Positions 20,206-30,080 of a DNA stretch of 64,000 nucleotides are shown here, piece by piece. Each line of letters starts with the position of its first letter. Within the stretch, counting starts at the first letter, position 1. A model generated the notes under the pieces. The model worked only from the letters and a program-made list of their open reading frames with translations. It was not told where the DNA came from and made no database searches. This DNA comes from Verrucomicrobiia bacterium. GTDB lineage: Bacteria > Verrucomicrobiota > Verrucomicrobiia > Palsa-1439. A program made the translations under genes and the position numbers. Where the stretch lies: the NCBI GenBank assembly GCA_052146795.1, contig JBKQMH010000024.1, positions 2,853 through 66,852 on the forward strand. Direction: 5' to 3'.

Positions 20206-21764
20206 GCGGAAACCCGTGTTCCTCCGTTGTTCCACGAAAGAGGTCGTGCGACCACGGCCGGTTCCGTGGAGGGAGGCCGGCGTTCGCTCATGCGCCAGAC
20301 CAGTGTCAGCAGGCCAATCAGAAACAAATGCTCGGGCACTTGGCTGTCGTACGCTCCGAAAATAAACGTGTAATGAACAGGCGCCCAAACGAGTTGGACG
20401 GCCAGGAAGATCGCCACGGGAAGCAGGGGGGTGCCACGGCATCGACGAACGCATTTCACAGAGGAGGTCGCCGCGCCAATCATAAGCGCATAGAACAGAA
20501 TCAGTCCCACCACCCCGGCATAGCGAATCGTGGTCAATGGGCCGTTGTGGAAGGCGCCGCTGATGTCGGCCGATTCCTCGAAGCCGAGGTGAGCCGTCGC
20601 TCCGAAATCTGCTTCACTCACACCGAAACCATCACCGATCCACCAGTTCTTGGCGACTCCGCCTTCTTGGAGGAGCTGACGCCACCAATCCCATCGCGCA
20701 TTACTTCCCTTGACCTCGTCCCTGACGGCCTCGTTCCATTGACCGGGGAGGTCTGCCAGCGCGCGCTGCGCGGCCAAGGGCAAATCAAACAAGCGACCCT
20801 GGCTAAAGACCAGAAGCCCGAGGAAGGCTGCGCCGATTGTGCCTCCCAGAACGACTTCGCGCCAGCCACGGTGGAACCACGCAGCCAACGCCATGTATGC
20901 GAATGCGATCGCCACGCGGTTTCGGTAGCCCGACACGAGGATTGCGACAAATCCCAGTGCAGACAGATAGAATTGCCATCGCATCGGGTTAAGAAACTTG
21001 CGCGGCAGGTAATAGGCGGACAACAACTGTAGGAGCGTCACCCCAAAGGGTCCCAAAAAGTCGAGTCGGCGAACCCCCTCCGCAGCTGTCGTGGCACGGA
21101 GACTCCCCACATACTCCGAGGTGGAAACACTGCTATAGAAAAACCAGACGTAGGGTGTACTGGAAGGGAAAATGTACACAAGCGAGCCGATCAAGGTGGA
21201 AAACGTCATGCTGGCCATCAGCCACAACGGGATTCTGACGACGCTCTTGTAGGATTCAGGCAAATGCACGATGACCCAATAGGCACACCAGCCAATGAAC
21301 ATGTCAAAGTAGGGTCGTCCTCCCATCGTTGCCGCGCCGAGAGCGTGCACACCCACGGGGTGAAACGCAAATGTAAGGGCAATCCAGAAACAGTTGATGA
21401 CCACGAGTGCGCCCAACGCACCCCTCGACTGTCGACTGGTCTGGCCGAGGACACGTTGCATCAAATACGAAAAAGTCACCAGTAAGACCATTGCTTGACT
21501 GATTGATAGTGGCACAGGAAGCGCGTGGATTTGGCCCGTCAGGTACCAAGTGATGACAATCAAAAGCCAGGCACTTCGTTGCATTCCTACAATCACGAAG
21601 ACCGTCGCTGCCACACCGGCCACAACGGCCAAGATCAAGAACTGCTGGTATGCAATCCAGTACGCGACGACCACGGCAAGCACCATGCAAATGGCCACGG
21701 TAATCCAACGGCGGATTGCCTCGGTGGCCAACTGCTGGTCGTTGATGATCTCGGAAAACTTCAT
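20202..21764 (-). CDS. O-antigen ligase/polymerase-like (Wzy_C) polytopic membrane protein.
   Basis: 520 aa with more than 10 transmembrane segments and a large periplasmic loop. Start at MKFSEIIND. Confidence 0.55.
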   Translation of the reverse strand: MKFSEIINDQQLATEAIRRWITVAICMVLAVVVAYWIAYQQFLILAVVAGVAATVFVIVGMQRSAWLLIVITWYLTGQIHALPVPLSISQAMVLLVTFSYLMQRVLGQTSRQSRGALGALVVINCFWIALTFAFHPVGVHALGAATMGGRPYFDMFIGWCAYWVIVHLPESYKSVVRIPLWLMASMTFSTLIGSLVYIFPSSTPYVWFFYSSVSTSEYVGSLRATTAAEGVRRLDFLGPFGVTLLQLLSAYYLPRKFLNPMRWQFYLSALGFVAILVSGYRNRVAIAFAYMALAAWFHRGWREVVLGGTIGAAFLGLLVFSQGRLFDLPLAAQRALADLPGQWNEAVRDEVKGSNARWDWWRQLLQEGGVAKNWWIGDGFGVSEADFGATAHLGFEESADISGAFHNGPLTTIRYAGVVGLILFYALMIGAATSSVKCVRRCRGTPLLPVAIFLAVQLVWAPVHYTFIFGAYDSQVPEHLFLIGLLTLVWRMSERRPPSTEPAVVARPLSWNNGGTRVSA

Positions 21765-21945
21765 CGCGCAGGCCGCTTTCTCAGGTTCTGAGTGTCCTGA
21801 CTGTACATGAACCCACATTGGGCTGCAAGTGCTGTGCCACCAGTCGGGCGACTTGAGGGGACGCACTTTGGCCGCTGGTTGACCCTCGAAGCGGCATGCA
21901 CCGGCGAGCGGCAAGTTTGATTACGTGGTCGGTTGAAGCATCACG

Positions 21946-23616
21946 TTAATCCCGTTCCACGTATCGCTGGGCAATGGGGACGCGGCGACCGATACCGAAG
22001 GCTTTGGTGGTGACGCGCAAGCAGGGCGGGGCTTGTTTGCGTTTGTACTCGTTGAGGTCGATTTTGCGGACGACATCGCGGACGAGCTTCTCACCGTAAC
22101 CCGTTTCCTTCACGATCTCGAGCGTCGATTTCGCTTCTTCGACGTAGCGCTTGATGATCGCGTCCAGAATGTCGTAGGGCGGAAGCGAATCCTGGTCGGT
22201 TTGATTCGGGCGAAGTTCCGCGGACGGCGCTTTCGTGATGGAAGCTTCCGGAATGGGGAATCCTTTCTTTCCCGCCGTTCGCTTTCCATTCTGGTTGATG
22301 TACCGGGCGAGTTCATAGACCATCGTTTTGGGCACGTCGGCGATGACGCCGAGGCCTCCATTCATGTCGCCGTAGAGCGTGCAGTAGCCGACAGCCAATT
22401 CCGATTTATTGCCTGTGGTCAGCAGCATGTGGCCGAACTTGTTCGAGAGCGCCATCAACGTCGTGCCGCGAATGCGCGCCTGGATGTTTTCCTCGGTCGT
22501 GTCTTCCGTCAGTCCCTTGAACACCGGCTGTAGCGTGGCTTTGAACCGCTCGAAGACATCCTGAATCACGATCGTCTCCCACCGAATCCCGAGGTTGTGC
22601 GCCAGGTCCCGCGCGTCGTCGATGCTGCCCCGCGACGAAAACTGCGAGGGCATGGAAACCCCCATCACGTTTTCGGCGCCGAGCGCCGCGACCGCCAGGC
22701 AGGCCGTGACCGCGGAGTCGATCCCGCCGCTGAGGCCGAGCACGACCGATTTGAAACCGCATTTGCGCGTGTAATCGCGCAGTCCGAGCACCAGCGCATC
22801 GTGCAGGGCCGCGGCCGGCTTGACCGGCTCGGGCTGAATGGCAACCGGCGAATCCAGGTCAACCAGCACCAGGTCTTCGGCGAAAGCCGCCCCGGCTGCG
22901 ACGAGATGACCGGAAGCGTCGAACACCAGGCTGTTGCCGTCGAACACCAGTTCGTCATTGCCGCCGACGAGATTGCAGTACAGGACCGGAACGCCGTACC
23001 GTTGCGCCACGGCGCGGAGCATATCGTGGCGAACGTGTTCCTTGCCCAGATGGTAGGGCGACGCCGACATGTTCAGCAGCAATTGGGCGTGTTTGTCTCC
23101 TCGCATCAACTCAAAAATCGGGCTGCGTTCGTACAGGCGCTTGGGCAGGTAATCTTGCGGCCAGATATCCTCGCAAACCGTTAGCCCCAGACGCCGATCG
23201 GCGAATTCGACCACGGTATTCGACTCCGCCGGCTGAAAATAGCGATCTTCGTCGAAAACATCGTACGTGGGCAGGAGCATTTTTTGGCGGCGAGCGATAA
23301 TCCTGCCGTTTTGGATCAGCGCGACGGCATTCCAGTAATCGCGGCCGGGGCGTTTGGTATTGAAATCAACATACCCGACAAGCAACGCGGTCTGGCCAAC
23401 CTGCGCGGCGAGCTCCTCCAGCACGCGCAGGTTGTCATCCACGAAGCGGTGTTTAGCGAGCAAATCGCGCGGCGGATAGCCCGTGATGGCCATCTCGGGG
23501 GTCATAACGAGGCCAGCCCCCGCGGTGGTGCCGCGGCGGTAGAAATCGAGGATTCGGGCACCGTTGCCGCCCAGATCGCCCACGGTGGCATCCAGTTGCG
23601 CCAGCGCGATCTTCAT
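21946..23616 (-). CDS. nadE: Glutamine-dependent NAD+ synthetase.
   Basis: N-terminal CN-hydrolase domain (MKIALAQLDATVGDL) followed by a C-terminal NAD synthetase domain. 556 aa. Confidence 0.9.
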   Translation of the reverse strand: MKIALAQLDATVGDLGGNGARILDFYRRGTTAGAGLVMTPEMAITGYPPRDLLAKHRFVDDNLRVLEELAAQVGQTALLVGYVDFNTKRPGRDYWNAVALIQNGRIIARRQKMLLPTYDVFDEDRYFQPAESNTVVEFADRRLGLTVCEDIWPQDYLPKRLYERSPIFELMRGDKHAQLLLNMSASPYHLGKEHVRHDMLRAVAQRYGVPVLYCNLVGGNDELVFDGNSLVFDASGHLVAAGAAFAEDLVLVDLDSPVAIQPEPVKPAAALHDALVLGLRDYTRKCGFKSVVLGLSGGIDSAVTACLAVAALGAENVMGVSMPSQFSSRGSIDDARDLAHNLGIRWETIVIQDVFERFKATLQPVFKGLTEDTTEENIQARIRGTTLMALSNKFGHMLLTTGNKSELAVGYCTLYGDMNGGLGVIADVPKTMVYELARYINQNGKRTAGKKGFPIPEASITKAPSAELRPNQTDQDSLPPYDILDAIIKRYVEEAKSTLEIVKETGYGEKLVRDVVRKIDLNEYKRKQAPPCLRVTTKAFGIGRRVPIAQRYVERD

Positions 23617-23820
23617 TCGTAAAAAGAATCCACCTTGCGTTTCCCAATTGGCCGGCGGCCACCGACCGTCGTGACCGATTGCGTCTGCATGACAATCATA
23701 GTATCACCTCGCGAGGTTCCGTCAAAAGATTCTTGCTGTTCGTAGCGTGGATTTGCGAAGGCGGAAGCCACTTCATCACCTCTACATCGACAACAGGCCT
23801 GATTCGCGCGGCTTCGATGT

Positions 23821-25185
23821 CTATTCTAAAACGCGCGGGCTAATCGCATGTACGGTGTGCTTAGACAGCAAACACGCATAGCCTACCCCTGCGTAGACGG
23901 TCAGAGTCAAGTCCCATGGGAGCCGGTACCGCTGATACCATTCGGTGATTACCATCACCTCGAAGGCGGTCAGTGCCAGGAACACCAGCAGGGCAAGGCG
24001 CGAGATCGCCAGGTGCCGCATCCGCCACCAACCGTAGTAGCCCGCCGGAAAAATCAGCAGCCAAAACACCGTGGCGATCACTCGATTCCGTGGCGACATC
24101 TGTCCGGTGAACGGCCCCAAGGTCGCGCACAACCTGACGAAACACAGCTTCGCATATTGGGCTGGGTTCTCGCGAATCCAGAGCAGCGCGGCCGGGGTGG
24201 AGTGGTGACCGGTGCGCTCCAGATAGGCGGCGTAACGCGCCGCCTCCTGCTCCGACATCTTCCAACGGGTCCACGGATTGCCGGGCCGCCGCTCCCAGAG
24301 GCTCCCAAGTCGCATACTTTCATAATACGGATTGTTTGCTTCCCACAGGATGGAGGCGGCGGCTTCCTCGGTGCCTTTCTCCGCCAGGGGCCCGCGCGCC
24401 GATACCTCCAACAGCACGCGGCTGGCCGCCGCGCCCAGCGCCACCAGGGCGCAGACCACGCAGACCGCGCGGCGGGTATCGATGAATTGCCACAGCAGCC
24501 ACAGACCCGCCGCCCCAGCGACGACGAAGAAGGCGGCCTGCGCGTAGGCACCCAGAGAGATCGCCAGCGTGAACAGCCACAACCGACCGCTCGTCTGCGG
24601 GCTGGAGGCAGCAAACAGCGCGAGTGCCATTACGAACAAAACCAGGGGCGTCGGGCCGATAGAGCCCACATGCATCGCCAACCGCAGATTGATGAAGACC
24701 AGCAAGGCCGCGATGATCATAGCCAACACACCCTGCCTTGTCGCAATCCGCCATGCCGCGCACGCCACAAACAGACACGTCAGGCCCGCCAACACCGCTT
24801 GCGCCACGGCCACCGGCAGCAAGCGAATACCTCCGCCCCAATAACAAGCAGCCAGAAAGTAAGCGTACACCGGAGCGTGGAAGAAAAACTTACCCGTACG
24901 GGCACGCGGTACACCGGTGCGAAGCGTTGCCATCGCCGCACGATTGTAGACGGTGGCATCCCGGTCCGCATCGCCGTTCCACCCCGGAAAACTGGCCAGA
25001 AAAGCTTCGCCCTCGAGATGCAGGCTGGTGCGGGTAGGGAGATTCTCAGCGTGTGTGGCGTAGTAAACGCCAAAGATCAGGTGGAAAACAAATGTTCCGA
25101 TCACCAGCAAACCTATCGGCAGGTGATTCCGTTGGAACAACTTCGCAGCATCCTGTATGTCGGCCTGACCTTGTCCCGCGTTCAT
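23821..25185 (-). CDS. GT-C membrane glycosyltransferase of the ArnT/PMT_2 type (GT83/GT39-like).
   Basis: Start at MNAGQ. First periplasmic loop DADRDATVYNRAAMA...KFFFHAPVYAYFLA resembles the ArnT DExRYAE...KPPLxY region. About 11 transmembrane segments. Confidence 0.6.
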   Translation of the reverse strand: MNAGQGQADIQDAAKLFQRNHLPIGLLVIGTFVFHLIFGVYYATHAENLPTRTSLHLEGEAFLASFPGWNGDADRDATVYNRAAMATLRTGVPRARTGKFFFHAPVYAYFLAACYWGGGIRLLPVAVAQAVLAGLTCLFVACAAWRIATRQGVLAMIIAALLVFINLRLAMHVGSIGPTPLVLFVMALALFAASSPQTSGRLWLFTLAISLGAYAQAAFFVVAGAAGLWLLWQFIDTRRAVCVVCALVALGAAASRVLLEVSARGPLAEKGTEEAAASILWEANNPYYESMRLGSLWERRPGNPWTRWKMSEQEAARYAAYLERTGHHSTPAALLWIRENPAQYAKLCFVRLCATLGPFTGQMSPRNRVIATVFWLLIFPAGYYGWWRMRHLAISRLALLVFLALTAFEVMVITEWYQRYRLPWDLTLTVYAGVGYACLLSKHTVHAISPRVLE

Positions 25186-26279
25186 CGGCCACCCGGCTCC
25201 TTGTCCGTGGGCCGCCCGGCTCCCGTCGCCGCCCGAGAAGCGACCGCATGCTGTGCGATGTTGACCGCCAGACCGTGTTCTCCCGACATGTTCCACAGGA
25301 CACTGCGATCCCCGGTCGTAATCGCCGTGTAAAAGTTGGCGTGAGTGATGTCCATGCCGTAGTGCAACCGGTGCCGGACGTACTTGACTCCGTTGGCAAT
25401 GAATCCGCGCCAGTGCTGAAAGGTCGTGAGAAACGAAGTGGTGAAAACCTCCTTCATCAAATGCTGCCCGTCGTTCGGAAGCACGGTCGAGATGTCGCGG
25501 AACATGTCCACCATCGCGTACCGCTTCGTTCCAAACACAATGAAGAACCATTCGCAGATGGGGCTCTCGAAGTTGCTATACACGGTTCCCGGCAAGCCGT
25601 TGACTTCCACCGTGATGTCCAGAATCTGTGGCGTGTTCTTGCCGGACGGGGAACCAACCACGGCCACGTCTTTGATCGCCACGTCCCCCCCGCCAAACCG
25701 GCGCAGCAGGTAGAACACATGCGGCGATTCGTCGTAGAACAACCCCAACGGAAGATCGTCCCCCCAAGCGGGAAGCCGACGCGTATCATTGCTAAACTGA
25801 ATGCAGTAGAAGCTTGTAACCGTCCCCAACTTGCCCTCGGCGATGAGCTGTTGCAGTTTGCGGAAACTGGAAGAGAACTGGAAGTTCTGATTCACCGCGA
25901 GGATGACCCGCTTCGCCGTCGCAAGGTCGATGAGTGTGCGGCCCTCCTGCAAATCGGTTACAAACGGTTTCTCAACGAGCACATGTTTCCCGATCTCCAA
26001 ACAGGCACGGACAGCCGGGGCATGCTGCTTGGGCGGTGTCGCAATAAGCACTGCGTCCACCTCCTGCAACAGAGGAATCGACCGCAACTGGCTGCTGTCG
26101 GAGCACACCACCGCGTGGGGGATTCCAAAGAGCCGGGCAACTCGTTCACTCTTGCTCTGCGTGTGATCGACGATGAGGGTGGGTTCAAATCGCTCGCGAC
26201 CCGCGGCGACCAACGCGGGCAAATGCCGCGTCTGCATGATGTTGCCCGCACCAATCAGAGCCAGCTTCAGTTTCTTCAT
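25182..26279 (-). CDS. Gfo/Idh/MocA family oxidoreductase.
   Basis: MKKLKLALIGAGNIMQTRHLPAL. ATGA overlaps on both sides. Confidence 0.8.
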   Translation of the reverse strand: MKKLKLALIGAGNIMQTRHLPALVAAGRERFEPTLIVDHTQSKSERVARLFGIPHAVVCSDSSQLRSIPLLQEVDAVLIATPPKQHAPAVRACLEIGKHVLVEKPFVTDLQEGRTLIDLATAKRVILAVNQNFQFSSSFRKLQQLIAEGKLGTVTSFYCIQFSNDTRRLPAWGDDLPLGLFYDESPHVFYLLRRFGGGDVAIKDVAVVGSPSGKNTPQILDITVEVNGLPGTVYSNFESPICEWFFIVFGTKRYAMVDMFRDISTVLPNDGQHLMKEVFTTSFLTTFQHWRGFIANGVKYVRHRLHYGMDITHANFYTAITTGDRSVLWNMSGEHGLAVNIAQHAVASRAATGAGRPTDKEPGGR

Positions 26280-27439
26280 CGCGGCAGTCCCATGTCCCGA
26301 AAAAGAAAGCGTTCCGTGAGGGCGGCGCAAGAAAAATCGCGCACGATTCGTTCTTGAAGATTTCGCGCCACGCGCGCCCGCAATCCGGGTGCTTGGTCCA
26401 GCCTTCGAAGCGCGGCGTCAATCCGGGTGGGTTCTCCCCGCTCGATCAGGAGCCCCGTTTCGCCATCGACAACGATTTCCGCCGCCCCGCCGCAAGGGGT
26501 AGAGATGACCGCCAATCCACACAACCCCGCCTCGAGCAGAATCGTCGGCAACCCCTCGGGGTAGTTGGACGGGTTGACCAGTACGAACGCTTGCGTCATC
26601 ACGCTCATGACCGTCGCCAGTGGCTGGAGTCCCAAGAATAGAATCTTCGCGTCCTGTTTCGCAGCCTCGCGCAGGGGAGATTCGAGTTCGCCACACCCGA
26701 TGACGACCAGAAGGTAATCCTCCCGATCCCGAGCAAAACTCTGGAAGGCGGCTACCAATTCCATGACACCCTTCTCTTTTACCAGCCGGCCCACGGCAAG
26801 CACAACTTTTTTATCGGCCATCGACCCGATGAGCTCACGGAGTGGCACCACCTCGGTGGGTCGCTGATCCGGATCGACCCCGTTGTAACACACGCCCGCT
26901 TGGCGAACGCCGAACCGGCGGAGCCATTTCACACACGCCTGCGCCACACCAAATACGCGGGGACGGAAGCTTAGGACCGCCAAGGTCATCAAATGTTCGT
27001 AGACATGGCAGGCTGCATTCCACCAGCGGTTGCCGAGCTGGATGTAGTCCGAGCTGTGATCAATGAGCGCCAGCTTGCTTCCCGAGCACCGCGCCCACAA
27101 GCATCCGAGCACCGAGAGAAGATAATAGCGTGTATGGACGATCGTCAGTTCGCCGGGCCGTGAGATGAACTCTCGCGTGAGATGGTAAAGCTGACCCGGG
27201 TTCGTGGGAAATGGCATCCGACAATGGGCCAGAGGGCTCCAACAATGGAGACGGTAGATGGTGATCTGGGGCTGTACGTCAGACCACCCCAGTTGTTCCG
27301 AGTCATGCGTGATGATGCGCACGGCAAAGCCGAGCCGAACACACTCCCTCGCCTGCAAATTGACGTACCGTTCCACGCCGCCCGGATACGGAAGATAATG
27401 CGAACACACTATCGTAATCAACCGTTGACTGGACTCCAT
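26276..27439 (-). CDS. GT4 family glycosyltransferase.
   Basis: EGLPTILLEAGLCGLAVISTPCGGAAEIVVDGETGLL. Start chosen at MESSQRLITIV. Confidence 0.8.
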   Translation of the reverse strand: MESSQRLITIVCSHYLPYPGGVERYVNLQARECVRLGFAVRIITHDSEQLGWSDVQPQITIYRLHCWSPLAHCRMPFPTNPGQLYHLTREFISRPGELTIVHTRYYLLSVLGCLWARCSGSKLALIDHSSDYIQLGNRWWNAACHVYEHLMTLAVLSFRPRVFGVAQACVKWLRRFGVRQAGVCYNGVDPDQRPTEVVPLRELIGSMADKKVVLAVGRLVKEKGVMELVAAFQSFARDREDYLLVVIGCGELESPLREAAKQDAKILFLGLQPLATVMSVMTQAFVLVNPSNYPEGLPTILLEAGLCGLAVISTPCGGAAEIVVDGETGLLIERGEPTRIDAALRRLDQAPGLRARVARNLQERIVRDFSCAALTERFLFRDMGLPR

Positions 27440-27467
27440 GGGGCGGTTGGACAATTGTTTCACTGAA

Positions 27468-28439
27468 TCACGGCATGCTCTTGCGAATCGTGGACTGCAC
27501 GGATTCTCTCGGAACGTTTTGGACATCCATCACCAGTGCCTGCAAAAGCAGTTGCAGACCTAAGATCACGGGCAATACAGCGATCATCACTGTGCCAGTC
27601 GGAGTGGGTAGGCCCGCGTGGGCGTACCACCACCAGTAGTACCCACCCCACAGAATGCCAAAAATCGTTGCCGCCAAACCCGTAACGATGAAGAGTGACA
27701 CCGCATTGAAATCCCGCACGAAGTACTGCATCACGACACGCCCCACCAGTCCCCGCAGCAGCAGGGGCGGAAACTCCAGCAGGGTACGCGTTTCGGACAG
27801 GTGGCTGACCTTCTCGTTGTAACGCGCCGGCATGTACACGTCGCGCACCACCGCGCGGTTCAAGCCCAACTCCAGCAGCATGCTGTTCTCGAAGAAAAAC
27901 CTTTTGTGGATCCTGTTTTGGTCCAGCAGCGGCAGCACGGCGGCATGAATCGCCACGTAACCGTTGTTGGGATCGAAAAGGTTCCAGTAGCCTGAAGCCA
28001 TCTTGGCCATGAACGATAGGCCGATGTTGCCCAGCCTCCGCACCCACGGCATGCGAACCAGTTCGCGGCTGTGCAGAAACCGATTTCCCTTCACGTAGTC
28101 GGCCTCGCCCAGCCGGATCGGTTCGATCAACGCGGGCAGGCCGGCCGGATTCATCTGGCCGTCACCGTCCATTTTCACCAGTACATCCGCGCCCAGTTCC
28201 AGGGCCTTGGCGAATCCCGTCAGCGCTGCCCCGCCGACACCCTGATTGTGATCGTGGCGCAGCACCACCAGCCGCTGATCGCCGACAGAGCGCGCTCGAT
28301 CCAGCGTGGCGTCGGGCGACGCATCGTCCACGACCACGATGTGGTCCACCCACGACGGCAATCCGCGAATCACGTCTTCGATGCGTTCCTCCTCGCGATA
28401 GGCAGGAATTACGATGGCAATTCGCAGATTCTGGTACAT
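27468..28439 (-). CDS. GT2 glycosyltransferase with two C-terminal transmembrane helices (ArnC/GtrB/CsbB-like polyprenyl-phosphate sugar synthase architecture).
   Basis: AIVIPAYREEERI, VVDDASPD, a DGDGQ motif, and C-terminal hydrophobic helices. Start at MYQNLRIAIV. Confidence 0.8.
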   Translation of the reverse strand: MYQNLRIAIVIPAYREEERIEDVIRGLPSWVDHIVVVDDASPDATLDRARSVGDQRLVVLRHDHNQGVGGAALTGFAKALELGADVLVKMDGDGQMNPAGLPALIEPIRLGEADYVKGNRFLHSRELVRMPWVRRLGNIGLSFMAKMASGYWNLFDPNNGYVAIHAAVLPLLDQNRIHKRFFFENSMLLELGLNRAVVRDVYMPARYNEKVSHLSETRTLLEFPPLLLRGLVGRVVMQYFVRDFNAVSLFIVTGLAATIFGILWGGYYWWWYAHAGLPTPTGTVMIAVLPVILGLQLLLQALVMDVQNVPRESVQSTIRKSMP

Positions 28440-28597
28440 GAATGTTCCGAACCTATAACAAGCGCAAACATGCAATGGAAGTGCAAAGTCTCCCCGTGTA
28501 GCGCGGCGCCTGCCGCACGACGGCTTCACGCGCTCGGAGAGGACTCAACCCTGGCTCATTACACAGGTAGAATCTTAACACAACCGGTCGCCTCTTG

Positions 28598-29791
28598 TCA
28601 TTGAGGGGACGACTCGGTAGCGAATTCGTCAAACACCGCGATCATCCGTTTCCCGAAATGGCCGTGAGTATAGTACCGCTCGAATCTTTCTTTGTTCGCC
28701 CGCCCCATGCGCTCTCGTAACTCCGGATCGTTGGCCAAATGCAGGATTTTCCCGGCCAGATCGGACGGGTTCAGTTCTTCCGCCAGCAGTCCGTTGACGC
28801 CGTCCGTGAGAATCTCACTTCGTGCCCCCCCCCGTGTGGCCACAATGGGCAAGCCCGACTGCATGGCTTCCAGCAGCACGATGCCAAAAGCTTCCAGTTG
28901 GGCCGGCGGCGGAAAGACAAGAAGGCTTGCCGACGCCAGTGTGCGCCATTTCGCTTCCCCATAAACCGCGCCAAGGAATTGGACCGCTTGGCACAGACCA
29001 TGATCCTGGAGGAATTGTTCCCCTTCCGCCTTCTCTGTCGCACGAAACCATTCGCCGGCCATGAGTAATTTGGCATCGGGACGGTGCGCCAGCACCAGCG
29101 GCATGGCCGCAAACAAGTCAAAGATCCCCTTGGTCCTTGCGAGGCCACCCAGATACAGGATCCGTAAACCAGTACGCCCTCGATCGGGTGGAGGAAGGCC
29201 GGGTTGCGGTTCAATGCCGATCGGGACTACCTTGATCCTCTGCGGCGATACAACCGCCTCGAAATCGCTGCGCAAGCACTCCGCCAACACCAGCACGAGC
29301 GCCGCGCCGCGCACGTTGGTGTCAAAGCGGCGCTGTAGTTTCGGTGAGAGGGAGTCGCGAAATCGGGACGCGCCGGATCCATGTGACCAGAGCACCACCG
29401 GCACCCTGAACGCCCTCGCCAGCCCGATGAGCACCGAGTCTTTTAAGAACGCATTGCGATTGTACGCGATTGGGTAACAGCAAAAATCGAAGCGCCGCGT
29501 CAACAGGCAGCAAAGTTCGTGGAGGAAAAACCCTGCCAGTTTCAAGAGCTTGCTGATACGAACTACCTCCAGTTCGCGAATATTGCTCACCACACTGAGG
29601 TTGATGAACGTGACGTCGAAGTGGCGTGCGAATTCCGAGCACATCAGGGTTTGATATGCGACGCTCGGACCAAACACGGGCGGCGGAAGCCAGCCGAACA
29701 GCAGGATGCGCCGTTTCCGTCCGCACGGGTTCCCTTCCCGGGGGGCCGGCGCACCGGCTTCGTTGCCTCCCGTGCATGATGATCTTATCAC
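28598..29791 (-). CDS. GT4 family glycosyltransferase (start uncertain).
   Basis: EAFGIVLLEAMQSGLPIVATRGG...DGVNGLL. The maximal ORF extends to 30058, but that extension is Arg/Cys-rich junk. A GTG at 29791 is preceded by GAGGGA and gives the GT4 N-terminus ...RRILLFGWLPPPVFG. Confidence 0.7.
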   Translation of the reverse strand: MIRSSCTGGNEAGAPAPREGNPCGRKRRILLFGWLPPPVFGPSVAYQTLMCSEFARHFDVTFINLSVVSNIRELEVVRISKLLKLAGFFLHELCCLLTRRFDFCCYPIAYNRNAFLKDSVLIGLARAFRVPVVLWSHGSGASRFRDSLSPKLQRRFDTNVRGAALVLVLAECLRSDFEAVVSPQRIKVVPIGIEPQPGLPPPDRGRTGLRILYLGGLARTKGIFDLFAAMPLVLAHRPDAKLLMAGEWFRATEKAEGEQFLQDHGLCQAVQFLGAVYGEAKWRTLASASLLVFPPPAQLEAFGIVLLEAMQSGLPIVATRGGARSEILTDGVNGLLAEELNPSDLAGKILHLANDPELRERMGRANKERFERYYTHGHFGKRMIAVFDEFATESSPQ

Positions 29792-30080
29792 AAAAAGTCG
29801 TCCCTCGAACGTTGCCAGCGCGCATCGGCCACCTTTGTTCAAGTGCGTGCGACGCGGGCAAACCTTGCTCCGTTGAGCGTGCCTCAGTTTCGCCCAAGAG
29901 GCTGGTCGTTTCAAGGAAAGAAGGCGAGGATAAGCCAATAAATCTCTGTGATATTTGTTTGCAGCAGGCGCGCGCAAAGGCGCCCTGCTGTGGCAGCACG
30001 AATTTGTGGCTTGCGACCAAGCCCAGGCGATGCGCAGCGAGTGTTTGAGCGCCATCATCTGAAGGGCGCCAAAAAAACCG

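Noticed and set aside
29792-30058. Long N-terminal extension of the GT4 ORF 28598..30058 (MMALKHSLRIAWAW...).
   Set aside because: Arg/Ala/Cys-rich low-complexity translation typical of an off-target high-GC frame. The paralog alignment starts only at RRILLFGW, and a GTG with a Shine-Dalgarno sequence lies at 29791.
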